Source: an uncultured Bacteroidales bacterium (GTDB lineage Bacteria > Bacteroidota > Bacteroidia > Bacteroidales > Paludibacteraceae). From it: 52,215 nt of DNA. Below the pieces are notes generated by a model. It was given only the letters and a program-made list of their open reading frames with translations. It was not told the DNA's origin and ran no database searches. The stretch is from contig CALMUD010000108.1 in the NCBI GenBank assembly GCA_937872735.1, forward strand, positions 1 to 52,215, given 5' to 3'. Of the stretch, positions 36,627-46,719 are shown one piece after another (the first letter of the stretch is position 1; each line of letters starts with the position of its first letter). The position numbers were made by a program, and so were the translations under genes.

Positions 36627-38150
36627 TTATTCGAATGAACCCATACGCAGTTTGTTGACCTCCTCGTTAGAGAGGAAACGCCATTGACCACGACGCAAAT
36701 TCTTCTTGGTAAGACCTGCAAAATAAGTACGGTCCAAACGGATAACCCGATAACCGCAAGATTCAAATATACGGCGCACAATACGGTTACGACCCGAATG
36801 AATCTCAATACCGACTTTCTTCGGATCTTCCTCTGAGATACTCAATTCATCCGGCTTGATGTCACCATCGTCAAGGGTAATACCACCCATTATCTTGTTG
36901 TAGTCCTCTTCACTCAATTCATGGTCAAGCACCACCTCATATACCTTTTTCTTATTGAATTTAGGATGAGTCAGCTTGGCTGCCAAATCGCCATCATTGG
37001 TAAGCAGCAATACTCCCGTTGTGTTACGGTCAAGACGACCTACAGGATAGATGCGCTCACGACAAGCATTCTTTACAAGATCCATTACTGTAAGCTTGGC
37101 ATTCGGGTCATCCGTAGTGGTGACACAATCCTTAGGCTTATTCAGCAATAAATAGACACGTTTGTCCGGATTGATAGTCTGGTCGTGAATCATCACCTTA
37201 TCGGCACGATGTATCTTGGTTCCCAATTCTGTAACGGCCGTTCCATTGACTGTAATGGCACCCGCCTGAATAAGCAAATCAGCCTCACGACGTGAACATA
37301 CACCCGCATTGGCAAGGAACTTATTAAGACGTACTTCCTCTTCTGGATCATACTGGATATCATATTCCACTGGCTGTGGCATACGCTGAGGTACATTATT
37401 ATGCTGCATACCTCCACGATTGAAACCACCACCGCGATTGTTGCCGTAGCCACCGCCTCGGTTGTTGCCGTAGCCACCGCCGCGATTGTTGCCGTAACCG
37501 CCGCCGCGATTGTTGCCGTAGCCACCACCACGATTATCACCATAGCCACCACCGCGATTGTTGCCGTAGCCACCACCACGATTATCACCATAGCCACCAC
37601 CACGGTTGTTGCCGTAGCCACCACCACGGTTGTTGCCGTAGCCACCGCCACGATTGTCACCATAGCCACCGCCACGGTTGTTGCCGTAGCCACCGCCACG
37701 ATTGTCGCCATAGCCGCCGCCACGGTTATTGCCGTAACCACCGCCACGATTGTCACCATAGCCGCCGCCACGGTTATTGCCGTAGCCGCCACCACGGTTG
37801 TCGCCATAGCCACCGCCACGGTTGTTGCCGTAGCCACCGCCACGATTGTCACCATAGCCGCCGCCACGGTTGTTGCCGTAGCCGCCATTATTGCCCTGGC
37901 TGTCACCATTGTTCTGGTAATCACTACCCGAACGGAAAGGACGACCAGACATTCTGGCATCAGGATTTACAAAACGCGTTTCACCAATGTGACGACGCTG
38001 ACGGCGCTCACCATTTACGTTGTTACCACGAATTACTTTGTTGTCATTTGAGAAGTTAGGGTTGAAACTTTTCTTCTCTGACTGTCCTTCACCTTCATTT
38101 CCAGCTTCATTCCTCCCGGAATTCTGCCAGTTGTCATCTGTAGGTCTCAT
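36627..38150 (-). CDS. rluB: RsuA/RluB-family pseudouridine synthase with a long N-terminal G/Y/R/N-rich repeat domain
   Basis: S4 domain ([30 protein letters not shown]) and catalytic motif [19 protein letters not shown]. Residues 89-240 are 19 tandem GGYG(D/N)NRG units. Confidence 0.88.
   Translation of the reverse strand: MRPTDDNWQNSGRNEAGNEGEGQSEKKSFNPNFSNDNKVIRGNNVNGERRQRRHIGETRFVNPDARMSGRPFRSGSDYQNNGDSQGNNGGYGNNRGGGYGDNRGGGYGNNRGGGYGDNRGGGYGNNRGGGYGDNRGGGYGNNRGGGYGDNRGGGYGNNRGGGYGDNRGGGYGNNRGGGYGNNRGGGYGDNRGGGYGNNRGGGYGDNRGGGYGNNRGGGYGNNRGGGYGNNRGGGYGNNRGGGFNRGGMQHNNVPQRMPQPVEYDIQYDPEEEVRLNKFLANAGVCSRREADLLIQAGAITVNGTAVTELGTKIHRADKVMIHDQTINPDKRVYLLLNKPKDCVTTTDDPNAKLTVMDLVKNACRERIYPVGRLDRNTTGVLLLTNDGDLAAKLTHPKFNKKKVYEVVLDHELSEEDYNKIMGGITLDDGDIKPDELSISEEDPKKVGIEIHSGRNRIVRRIFESCGYRVIRLDRTYFAGLTKKNLRRGQWRFLSNEEVNKLRMGSFE
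37431..37886 (-). repeat. In-frame tandem repeat, 24-nt unit (48-nt super-period), 19 copies, inside rluB
   Basis: Repeated ggtggcggctacggcaacaaccgt-type units are visible directly in the DNA with synonymous variation. Translation gives [16 protein letters not shown]. Confidence 0.9.
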
Positions 38151-38212
38151 TTTCTCTAATACTTTTTTGTTATAAGATTATACTTTTTATAAAAAACGGA
38201 AATTCCTAATAT

Positions 38213-40048
38213 TTATTTTGTGTTTTTCTCGTCAGTCGCTTCACTTGATGCTGACCTATTATTTTCAATTTGTGCAATTTCCTTACGCATCTCCGCAATT
38301 TTCTTCTCTATTACATCTTTCAATGCAGAAGAAGACTTGGACGAGGCCAAGAACCCGATATTATTCTCGTAAGTAGCAATACTGGCCTTCAGTCGGGCTA
38401 GTTTACTGCCATCCGACTTAGAGTCGGAAACAGAACGGGATGAATTGCGTGGGGAGGAAGATTCCTTCATGTTCAGCACATCAAACTTCTCGTCAATAGC
38501 TGCTTTATACGATTTATACAAAGCATCCTTTTCTTTAAAAGGCACATGCCCCACAGCATTCCATTCTTTGATTAGAGCACGCAGGGTATCTGCCGCTGCT
38601 TTGGTGTCGGTTGCAGTATCAAGCGTCTGAATCTTTTCAATCAGTTCTTTCTTCTTGTCCAGATTAACCTGCTCTTCGCTTTTTCGCTCCTTAAACTGCT
38701 TTGACTTGGCATCAAAAAAGGCATCACAAGCTGAAATAAAACGCTTCCAGACAAGGTCAGACTGCTTTTTGGAAACAGAACCGATGGTCTTCCACTCCTT
38801 TTGCAGCTCCACCAATTTTTCAGTCGTCTCCTTCCAATCCGTATTATCCTTCAAGGCCTCAGCCTGTTCACACAAAGCCACCTTTTTAGCAAGGTTATCT
38901 GCAAAGTTAGCCTTTACAGATTTGAAGTATTCACCCTTGGCATTGAAAAACTTGTCACAAGCCGCACGGAATCGTTCATAGATAGTGGTGTTGAATTTCT
39001 TCGGCGCAAAACCGACTTTCCGCCACTCACCTTGCAAATCTATTATGACCTTGCTCTGATCCTGCCATTCCTTAAACGAAGCCAACTTAGAAAAGTCTAT
39101 AGCCTCAATTTTCTCACATATTTCGGTTTTCTTCGCCAAATTGTCAGTCTCGGCGGCACGCAGTTTATTAAAAAATTCTGCATGCTTCTTATTGATGACT
39201 GTAGAAGCTGCCTTAAATCTGTTCCAGATAGTTTCACGTAAATCCTTGGCTACCGGTCCCAGTTCACCCCATTCCTCATGCAGGAGTTGAAGTTTTTTAA
39301 AGGCATTCACCACGTCCGTCTCTGCGTCAAGAGCCTCCGCCGACTCACAAAGTTTAGTTTTGGCTTCAAGATTTTTCTTGAAGTCATAATCTCTCATCTC
39401 GTTATTGATTTTGAGTCCATCATAAAAAGTCTCAACCAATCCTTGATAAGTCTCGCGAATCTTGGCTACATCGGTAGCTGGTACCATGCCAATGGATTTC
39501 CACTCCTGCTGCAATTTCTGAAAAGCGGGAACTTTCTTACCAAAATCATCAGTATTCTCAATAAGTTGACCCAAAGCAAGAATAAGATTTTTCTTCTTAT
39601 CCAGATTGTTCTGTTTCTCGGTCTCCTCCCGTTCAAACTCAGCCTGACGTTTCTTCTTATACTCCGTCAATATATCTTTGAATGCAAGTTCCAGTGTATC
39701 CACTACGGGGTCGAAATCGGATTCCCGCCCGCCCTCGGCAATAAACTTGGACTTTGCATCTTCCTTTTCCTGATTGATAATGCGATAGAAATTATGCTTA
39801 ACAGCCTCAATTTCGCCACGAGACTCAGAATCGGGATTCTCTGCAGAAGCCACAATTTCTCTGGCTTTCTCTATGAGTTCCTCTTTAGTGAGGTCTTTCA
39901 TTTTATCAATGGCCTCCTCATCCGGATTATTATCATCTACGTCCTTATCGGAAACCTTCTCAGGTTCGCCCGAAGGCAAAACAGTAGCCTCTACATTTTC
40001 AGCTGCATTTGGCTGCAATTGAGAATCATTTTGCTCAAGTATGTCCAT
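38213..40048 (-). CDS. DUF349 repeat protein
   Basis: 611 aa, highly charged. At least five DUF349-type units of the form (E/K)EW(K/R/N).(I/V/L)G.V......(L/I)(W/Y).(R/S)(F/Y)..A.D.FF. Confidence 0.75.
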   Translation of the reverse strand: MDILEQNDSQLQPNAAENVEATVLPSGEPEKVSDKDVDDNNPDEEAIDKMKDLTKEELIEKAREIVASAENPDSESRGEIEAVKHNFYRIINQEKEDAKSKFIAEGGRESDFDPVVDTLELAFKDILTEYKKKRQAEFEREETEKQNNLDKKKNLILALGQLIENTDDFGKKVPAFQKLQQEWKSIGMVPATDVAKIRETYQGLVETFYDGLKINNEMRDYDFKKNLEAKTKLCESAEALDAETDVVNAFKKLQLLHEEWGELGPVAKDLRETIWNRFKAASTVINKKHAEFFNKLRAAETDNLAKKTEICEKIEAIDFSKLASFKEWQDQSKVIIDLQGEWRKVGFAPKKFNTTIYERFRAACDKFFNAKGEYFKSVKANFADNLAKKVALCEQAEALKDNTDWKETTEKLVELQKEWKTIGSVSKKQSDLVWKRFISACDAFFDAKSKQFKERKSEEQVNLDKKKELIEKIQTLDTATDTKAAADTLRALIKEWNAVGHVPFKEKDALYKSYKAAIDEKFDVLNMKESSSPRNSSRSVSDSKSDGSKLARLKASIATYENNIGFLASSKSSSALKDVIEKKIAEMRKEIAQIENNRSASSEATDEKNTK

Positions 40049-40116
40049 TTCTATCTATACAATTTAATACATATAAGGTGTGCAACTACATGAATCGATT
40101 AAAGCATTGCACTACG

Positions 40117-40124
40117 CAAATTTA
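40117..40124 (-). promoter_or_regulatory. Candidate -7 element (TAAATTTG on minus) for the DUF349 gene
   Basis: Plus-strand caaattta lies 69 nt upstream of ATG 40048. Confidence 0.3.
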
Positions 40125-40175
40125 AACAAAGTTTTTAAGAGCCGCACATTTTGAGAGATAAATGCGGGGAAAATA

Positions 40176-40973
40176 TTAAAGAAGTTTCGGCAAACCGTAT
40201 TTTTCAAAATCAAATTCCTCAAAAGCCTTGAGAGCCGTATCGTAACCCATCTTGTAAATTTCTTCAGCTTTTGAATTTTCAAACATGCCTACCGATTTAT
40301 TCTTGGTCATGTCAATCACCAAATCACAAAAGGATTTTTCATGAATGGTGTTGCCATTGACAGCCAGATGAAACACACGTTCAGCCACATTTTTCAGACC
40401 TGGAGATGTGTTTTTGGGCAACGGAACAATGGGATTGACATGTACTCCTATAACCAGTTCGCAATCATCTCGCAATATTTCAGCTGGAAGGTTGCAAAAT
40501 ATACCACCATCGACATACAATTTACCATCTATCCGCTTGGGGTTGAACAGAATGGGAACACTGGCCGAAGCGACCACAGCATCCACTAAATTACCCGATG
40601 AGAAGTATTCATTTTGTCCATATATGATTTCGGCAGCATTCACTATCAGCGGAATGCGAAGTTCCTCAAAAGTCTTGGCCCGAAGATGTGTTTCCAGATA
40701 TTTCTTATATCCTTTGGTATTAGCCAATCCTCCATGCTTGGGCATATTGAGGGTAACGCCTTTTAAAATAGAAGCGTGAAGAAAAAAATCCTTTATTTGG
40801 TCTATCGACTGCCCGTCCGCATATAGAGAACCAACAATAGCGCCAGAACTCACCCCTGATATAATGTCGGGATGTAATCCCAATTCTTCCATCACTCTGA
40901 GGACTCCAAGATGAGCCACACCTCGCATACCTCCGCCACTAAGGGCCAATCCTATTTTATATTTTTTTGCCAT
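40176..40973 (-). CDS. Patatin-like phospholipase family protein
   Basis: Oxyanion-hole motif GLALSGGGMRG, nucleophile elbow GVSSGA and catalytic DGG (YVDGGIF). 265 aa. Confidence 0.85.
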   Translation of the reverse strand: MAKKYKIGLALSGGGMRGVAHLGVLRVMEELGLHPDIISGVSSGAIVGSLYADGQSIDQIKDFFLHASILKGVTLNMPKHGGLANTKGYKKYLETHLRAKTFEELRIPLIVNAAEIIYGQNEYFSSGNLVDAVVASASVPILFNPKRIDGKLYVDGGIFCNLPAEILRDDCELVIGVHVNPIVPLPKNTSPGLKNVAERVFHLAVNGNTIHEKSFCDLVIDMTKNKSVGMFENSKAEEIYKMGYDTALKAFEEFDFEKYGLPKLL

Positions 40974-41004
40974 ATTCAGCTGAGAGTTCCAGATCTAAAA
41001 TATT

Positions 41005-42072
41005 TCATACTACCTTTTCTGTAACATACGGATACCTGCGTTCAACCCAATAGGCATAAAAGGCGAACACAACCATCATCAACACCAATACCGTCAACGA
41101 AACCCATGCCGTGCGGGAATAATAGGCAATAAAGGCAAACAGCACCAGCACACAATTAAGCATGATTGATACCATCAAAACCCAAGTATGAGAATACCCC
41201 GAAAGAAGCAATCGTTGATAAAGGTGATTTTGAGTAGGGGCTAACAAATTTTCATGATTGGCTATGCGTCGAAACAATGTATATGTGGCATCAAAGAAAG
41301 CCACACCGCAAAGCATGATGTATAGCAGCAAAGATGGTGAATAATAGGTGACCCGGGTCCTGTATGCCTCAGGAATATCGGGCTGATATAAACTCACAAA
41401 ATACAGAGCCATCACTGAAAAAACGAATCCAAGAAATTGGGCTGAAGCCTGTCCCATCTGCACCCTCGAAGGATGCCAGTTGAGGACCAGAAAACCGCCA
41501 ATGGCTGCAAACAGGAAGAAGAGCGGATTGTTGATAGGAAGTATCAGCATGGTAAGCACACAAATCTGCGATGCCTCAAAACCCAAATAGGCGTCAATAC
41601 CATTGAATGCCGGGAACAGATTGATAAGCCACATAAAAAGGAAAAAGGTCAACACATTGGCTAAAATCACGATAAATGGAGAGGTCCATACATATTGACC
41701 TATCGAGAAGGAATGGACGCCGCCCATAATGAACATAGCCGCAGCTATGGCAATGGCCTGAAACAGCAACTTCAGCAATGGAGGGAAGTGCATCCGCTCG
41801 TCATACAAGGCTGCCCCAACCAACAGCAAGCCAGGAAACATGGCAAACAGTAACCGAACCGGCATAAACTCCGGATGATAGCAGGCCAACACCATACAAC
41901 AGAAATACCACATTATCACTATGGATAGTCCGCCTCCTTCTGGCACTATATGTACGCGATTGACCAATGGCTGCGCCTGCGCCTTCAGATATCGGACAAT
42001 TGCCTGACGACGAATCATATACGCAATAAGCCAAGAGCCAAAAAATGACAATAAGAACAGAATCCAGATCAT
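41005..42072 (-). CDS. MraY/WecA-like polyprenyl-phosphate sugar-1-phosphate transferase (GT4 family), divergent
   Basis: 355 aa with about 10 TM helices. FNGIDAYLG resembles the N..DG.DGL motif of the family. The assignment is moderate only. Confidence 0.55.
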   Translation of the reverse strand: MIWILFLLSFFGSWLIAYMIRRQAIVRYLKAQAQPLVNRVHIVPEGGGLSIVIMWYFCCMVLACYHPEFMPVRLLFAMFPGLLLVGAALYDERMHFPPLLKLLFQAIAIAAAMFIMGGVHSFSIGQYVWTSPFIVILANVLTFFLFMWLINLFPAFNGIDAYLGFEASQICVLTMLILPINNPLFFLFAAIGGFLVLNWHPSRVQMGQASAQFLGFVFSVMALYFVSLYQPDIPEAYRTRVTYYSPSLLLYIMLCGVAFFDATYTLFRRIANHENLLAPTQNHLYQRLLLSGYSHTWVLMVSIMLNCVLVLFAFIAYYSRTAWVSLTVLVLMMVVFAFYAYWVERRYPYVTEKVV

Positions 42073-42253
42073 ATTTCACCCCCACTGTTAAATTCATAAT
42101 AAAGCGACTCGCATACCCCCAAAACATTGCAATGTAGAAAACCACAAGGAACAAATTTGTAAGCATTATTGCCAAAGAAGCATTATTTTATGAACTCAAA
42201 AATAGCAATATTGTTTGATTTTATCTCTATCTGTCGTAACTTTTTTAAACAAA

Positions 42254-42288
42254 AAAATGTCTGGCAGAAGAAAACTGTCAGACATTTT
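42254..42288 (-). terminator. Intrinsic terminator of pfp
   Basis: aaaatgtctggcag-aagaaaa-ctgtcagacatttt forms a 14-bp stem with one G-U pair and is followed on the minus strand by tttttttg. Confidence 0.65.
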
Positions 42289-42328
42289 ATAATTAGACCC
42301 TCAAAGAGTCAATAAAAATATGATTCTG

Positions 42329-43951
42329 TTATTTTTTTGCAGCCTGCTCCAATGCCAAAGTCTTGGTTGGAAGGTCACAAACATCAGATGGGCCAAAATA
42401 CTGGATAGGACCAGGGTAAACAAAGCATGTATTCTTTGCCCACTCAGCACGGTTCTTTTCCAGTGCCTTGAATGGAGCACCATCAAGTTCAACCAGGGCC
42501 TTACGGATAACGGGCTTCATCTCACCATTACGGCGTTCCATGTTCATCATCATGGTGATAGGCACACCAGCAGCAACCCAAGAGTCAGACTTGGCTGTTG
42601 TATTCTGTATCAGAGACATATATCCGGTTTTTCCACTGGCTATCAAATTTGCGGCATTGTAACCTAATGAATAGCAGTAGTCAGCATCGAAATTAGAAGG
42701 AGCTGCACAGCGTCCTTCATAACCGAAGAAGTGACCCAGTCCTGAGAATTTTCCAACATATTTGCCAGCCTCTTTACGCTTAGCCAATTCCTTACGAACC
42801 ATCTCGATAAGCAATTTCTCCGTTTCGATAAGAGATACCTGTACATTTCCGTGTGGGTCACGCTCCAGTGTAAGTTGCTTGGCAATGGCCTCTGGCAGAC
42901 TCTCATAAACATTCTTGCTGGCAGCTGACAGTTTAGCGACAGCCTTAGCCACGTCACCATTCTCTGCCAACAGATTGTTGAGTTCAGCTATAAGGGCATT
43001 CATCTCTGGAATGAACTCGATAAGGCCCTCTGGAATAAGAACGACACCATAGTTGTCACCCTTCTCGGCGCGGGCGGCTACAGTATCAGCTATATTATTC
43101 ACGATTTGGGCCAATGTCATCTTCTTCTGCTCTACCTCTTCTGATACTATGCAGATGTTTGGCTGAGTCTGCAATGCACACTCCAATGCGATGTGCGATG
43201 CTGAACGGCCCATCAGCTTGATGAAGTGCCAATATTTCTTGGCAGACTTGGCATCACGCATAATGTTGCCTATAACCTCAGAATAAACCTTGGTAGCAGT
43301 ATCGAAACCGAAAGAAGTCTCTATCATATCGTTCTTCAAGTCTCCATCTATGGTCTTAGGGCAACCAATTACCTGCACGCCAGCCTTCTTGGCAAAATAA
43401 TATTCAGCCAAAACACAGGCATTTGTATTTGAATCATCACCACCTATTATCACGATAGCCTTAATGTTCAACTCTTTGCAAATAACCAATCCGCTTTCAA
43501 ACTGGTCTTCCTTCTCCAGTTTGGTACGTCCTGAACCTATGATATCAAAACCACCTGTGTTACGGTAGTCATCAATAATGCTCTGAGTCAATTCAATGTA
43601 CTTGTGATCGATCAAACCGCTTGGGCCACCCAAAAATCCATAAAGTTTGGTATTGGGGTTCATGGCCTTAAGGGCATCATAGATACCGCAGATAACGTTA
43701 TGTCCACCAGGAGCCTGACCACCCGAAAGAATAACACCAACGTTGCCATTGTCAAATTTCAACTTCTTGTCTGAAGAGGCAAATTTGACGATTGGCAGAC
43801 CATAGGTGTTAGGGAACAGTTTCTTGATTTCTGCCTGGTCGGCAACAGACTGAGTCGCTTTTCCCTCAGTCAGGACCACACCACCCTTCAGTGCCTTAGG
43901 CAACTTGGGTTGGTACTTTGATCTTTCAATTTCCAATGCACTTTTAGCCAT
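42329..43951 (-). CDS. pfp: Diphosphate--fructose-6-phosphate 1-phosphotransferase (PPi-dependent PFK)
   Basis: 540 aa, long-form PFK. Motifs [34 protein letters not shown] and MGRSASH. Confidence 0.9.
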   Translation of the reverse strand: MAKSALEIERSKYQPKLPKALKGGVVLTEGKATQSVADQAEIKKLFPNTYGLPIVKFASSDKKLKFDNGNVGVILSGGQAPGGHNVICGIYDALKAMNPNTKLYGFLGGPSGLIDHKYIELTQSIIDDYRNTGGFDIIGSGRTKLEKEDQFESGLVICKELNIKAIVIIGGDDSNTNACVLAEYYFAKKAGVQVIGCPKTIDGDLKNDMIETSFGFDTATKVYSEVIGNIMRDAKSAKKYWHFIKLMGRSASHIALECALQTQPNICIVSEEVEQKKMTLAQIVNNIADTVAARAEKGDNYGVVLIPEGLIEFIPEMNALIAELNNLLAENGDVAKAVAKLSAASKNVYESLPEAIAKQLTLERDPHGNVQVSLIETEKLLIEMVRKELAKRKEAGKYVGKFSGLGHFFGYEGRCAAPSNFDADYCYSLGYNAANLIASGKTGYMSLIQNTTAKSDSWVAAGVPITMMMNMERRNGEMKPVIRKALVELDGAPFKALEKNRAEWAKNTCFVYPGPIQYFGPSDVCDLPTKTLALEQAAKK

Positions 43952-44035
43952 TGTTCTTCTTATTTTATATTAGTAAAAATTATTGAATCCAAGCCACTGC
44001 AAGGGCTGAACAAGCCATCGCAGACTTTCAGTTTT

Positions 44036-44043
44036 CAAAAATA
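44036..44043 (-). promoter_or_regulatory. Candidate -7 element (TATTTTTG on minus) for pfp
   Basis: Plus-strand caaaaata lies 85 nt upstream of ATG 43951. Confidence 0.3.
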
Positions 44044-44200
44044 ATACAAAATTGCCTAATTTTTGGGTAATTTCATAACAGAAAGCAGAATAAATTAATC
44101 TGCTTTCTCACGGCTGCCATTGTAATAATATCCATACAAGTCAGTAATGGAAGCCCCTGTAAGAAAAAAGTCGAATAACAACTAAATATTTCATCAACAT

Positions 44201-44701
44201 TTACTTCTGCAAAAACATTTGACGAAGTATCTTTTTTCCTGATTCCGACTTGAATATATTTTTTTCCACATGATTCACCACGTCCTCTGGTTCCGCATCC
44301 TCATACAGATTGACAAGAAAATCAGCCTCTACCAACAACTGGTAATCTTTACCTTCTATATGAGAGTAAGTATGATGGTGGGCCACCAGATAACAGACTC
44401 GGTCTATGACCTCTTCTGTATATTGCAATCGCTGCAACATATCGCGGGCGGGAGCGGGACCCAGTTCTTCCTGATGTTTTCCCACAGAATCGCCATAAAG
44501 GTCCAGCGAGGGTCTGATTCCAATATCATGAACGATGGCGGCCGTTTCCAATACCTGCTGTTCACAGGCGGACAGACTTTCCATCTGCCCCAACAGCCGG
44601 GCGAAATCATAAACCTTGATAAAATGTTGTATTTGTTTGGCCATGCCTTTATCAAAAGCAACCATTTCCAATATCAGTTGGTCCTGCTTTGTCAGATTCA
44701 T
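44201..44701 (-). CDS. HD-domain (HDIG-type) metal-dependent phosphohydrolase
   Basis: 166 aa with H...AAIVHDIG and a later VAHHH motif. Confidence 0.75.
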   Translation of the reverse strand: MNLTKQDQLILEMVAFDKGMAKQIQHFIKVYDFARLLGQMESLSACEQQVLETAAIVHDIGIRPSLDLYGDSVGKHQEELGPAPARDMLQRLQYTEEVIDRVCYLVAHHHTYSHIEGKDYQLLVEADFLVNLYEDAEPEDVVNHVEKNIFKSESGKKILRQMFLQK

Positions 44702-44729
44702 CTTTTCGTTCTGTTATGATACCAAAATA

Positions 44730-45611
44730 TCAGGCCTTTTCTATTCCTTCAGACTCTTCGGGCTCATCCGGCTCGGCATGAAGCACCACCTCACAACGGG
44801 GAATCAGCTGGCACATCTCCTGCTCTATTTTATCACATTTCTGATGCACCTCCACCAAATCCATTTGTGAATTGAAATGGATATTCACACGAATAAAGGT
44901 GTCAGCACCTGCCGCTCTTATTTTAAGGTCATGATAACACTTTATGTCAGGATTGGCTTTCAGCGCTTTCTCCACCACTTCTGTTATGCCGTCGGGCACA
45001 TGGTCAAGCAATACATTGATAGCCTGCCTACCCAGCCGGTAGGAGATGAACAGAATGATGACAGCCACCGCCAATGCCGAAATGGCATCAGCCTTGTGAT
45101 ATCCCATATTGGCCAAAAACAAACCTAACAATACGACTGCCGAGCTGAGAATATCGGTGGAAAAATGGATGGCATCCGCCTTTAAAGCCTGGCTATTGCT
45201 GGCTTTCGCCGCCTTAAACAACATACGCGAACGGGTAATATCTATCACCATAGAGGCAATCACCACCACATAACTCCAAATGGAAAATTTGATAGCCACC
45301 TGCGTGAACAAAAGACGGTTTATTGCCTCATATATAATCCAGCCACTGGTAATGACCAACAATATGGACTCAAGAAAAGCGGATAAATTCTCCACCTTGC
45401 CATGACCATAGTTGTGCTCCTTGTCTGCCGGCTTGTCTGATATACTGACCGACACATAGGTAATGATTGCTGCCAAAAGATCCAGAAGGGAGTGCAGCGC
45501 CTCCGACAGAATACCCAAACTGGCGGTAAGAATACCTACCACAAACTTGAACGTTGTAAGAAATACGGCAGCCAATATTGACGACATGGCCGCTTCCTTT
45601 TTATTTGACAT
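44730..45611 (-). CDS. Cation diffusion facilitator (CDF) family metal efflux transporter
   Basis: 293 aa with six TM helices, the HSLLDLLA and HFSTDILSS metal-site motifs, and a cytoplasmic C-terminal domain. Confidence 0.85.
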   Translation of the reverse strand: MSNKKEAAMSSILAAVFLTTFKFVVGILTASLGILSEALHSLLDLLAAIITYVSVSISDKPADKEHNYGHGKVENLSAFLESILLVITSGWIIYEAINRLLFTQVAIKFSIWSYVVVIASMVIDITRSRMLFKAAKASNSQALKADAIHFSTDILSSAVVLLGLFLANMGYHKADAISALAVAVIILFISYRLGRQAINVLLDHVPDGITEVVEKALKANPDIKCYHDLKIRAAGADTFIRVNIHFNSQMDLVEVHQKCDKIEQEMCQLIPRCEVVLHAEPDEPEESEGIEKA

Positions 45612-45690
45612 AGACTAAAATATTAACGGCATAAAGATACAAGTAAAAGCAATCAGGAACAAATTTAAAAAAAGAAAGTAAAGAAGCATT

Positions 45691-46569
45691 CTACAGATAA
45701 AGAGACTTGCGACGATATTCAAGAGGTGACATTCCTACATGATGCTTAAAAAATTTGCCAAAAAAAGACTGGTTGCAAAAGTTGAGTTCATTGGATATCT
45801 CCTGAACAGTCAGTTGTGAGGAGCGTAACAATATTTGGGATTCCAATATAATATAGTCATCAATAACCTCATTTGCCGACATCCCGTTCAGGTCTTTCAG
45901 CACTCGGCTCAAATGCTTTGAACTGATACATAACTTGTCGGCATAGAATTGCACACCATGCTCCTTATTGTAGTTATGTTGCAACAGATAAATGAACTTT
46001 TGAGCAATCAGAGATTTTCGAGAAACAGAATGGTCCTCCGCCCTCTCCTGACAAGACAGAGAACCAAGAATCTCATACGACAAAGAATAAAGCAATCCAT
46101 GCAATATTTCTTTTTGCGCTTCAAACTGATTTCGCAATATGGTTTTTTCTATCAACTGGTAATACAAATCACCGATCTGTACCAATTCATCAGATATAGA
46201 CAATAGGCGGGCCTCAAAATAATTGGGCAAATTAACTGTTATATGCGTAAGCACCTCATTAAAAACCTTAACAGATCCAACTATTCCAAATCCCATAAAA
46301 TCAGGGGATTCACCATGCAACACCAACATTTGATTAGGCATAACCAACAGCACTTGGTTCTTTTGAACCACATAATTTTTCAAATTGACGTCCAGCGACA
46401 AACTACCATCCACCACATAACACAAAACTGCCATTTGCACCCGACACGGGATATCCATAGTCGGTAACTTATGCAAATTCTTCACAAAGACAACATCTTC
46501 AATTATTTTTTCTGCGTTTCCTGCAAAACTCAGTTTCTGAACATCCTCAATACTCAGTGTGTTATTCAT
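45691..46569 (-). CDS. AraC-family transcriptional regulator
   Basis: C-terminal double HTH (FYADKLCISSKHLSRVLKDLNGMSANEVIDDYIILESQILLRSS.LTVQEISNELNFCNQSFFGKFFKHHVGMSPLEYR). Start is uncertain (ATG 46569 or 46593; the ORF-track start is TTG). Divergent from the RND operon. Confidence 0.8.
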   Translation of the reverse strand: MNNTLSIEDVQKLSFAGNAEKIIEDVVFVKNLHKLPTMDIPCRVQMAVLCYVVDGSLSLDVNLKNYVVQKNQVLLVMPNQMLVLHGESPDFMGFGIVGSVKVFNEVLTHITVNLPNYFEARLLSISDELVQIGDLYYQLIEKTILRNQFEAQKEILHGLLYSLSYEILGSLSCQERAEDHSVSRKSLIAQKFIYLLQHNYNKEHGVQFYADKLCISSKHLSRVLKDLNGMSANEVIDDYIILESQILLRSSQLTVQEISNELNFCNQSFFGKFFKHHVGMSPLEYRRKSLYL

Positions 46570-46719
46570 ACCCCTTTGACTTATTTTGACCATAAAGATA
46601 AATAGACGCAAGCAATAAACAAACAAAATGTCCGAAACAGAACAATTTATGAGTTATACAACACTTTCACGAGCTATGCGTAAGCCATTACTTTGCATCA
46701 TAAACAAAAAACAGACATC

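Noticed and set aside
37431-37886. A regular short repeat array that could superficially be mistaken for a CRISPR or a VNTR intergenic array.
   Set aside because: The units are contiguous with no spacers, in frame, and inside a CDS. No cas genes or leader are present.
37193-38051. Two long ORFs (255 aa on minus in another frame, 216 aa on plus) made of A/T/V/I repeats.
   Set aside because: They are alternative-frame and antisense readings of the 24-nt tandem repeat inside rluB. The rluB frame continues into bona fide S4 and PUS domains.
39278-40093. 271-aa + strand ORF antisense to the DUF349 gene, plus other antisense ORFs at 38655-39241.
   Set aside because: The sense frame shows the repeated DUF349 signature. 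The antisense products are hydrophobic or low-complexity with no start context.
41801-42175. Alternative-frame ORF whose first about 34 residues (MAIMLTNLFLVVFYIAMFWGYASRFIMNLTVG) look like a TM helix upstream of the GT4 gene, next to a C5/G5 run at 42079-42083. I considered a frameshifted N-terminal extension.
   Set aside because: Adding or removing one base in the homopolymer gives an immediate stop in both cases (..ggg tga / ..gaa ata tga). No in-frame fusion is possible, and at 355 aa the GT4 protein is already full length.
44080-44108. 10-bp perfect hairpin agaaagcaga-ataaattaa-tctgctttct downstream of the HD-domain gene.
   Set aside because: No T-run follows on either strand, so it is not a convincing intrinsic terminator. 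Noted only.
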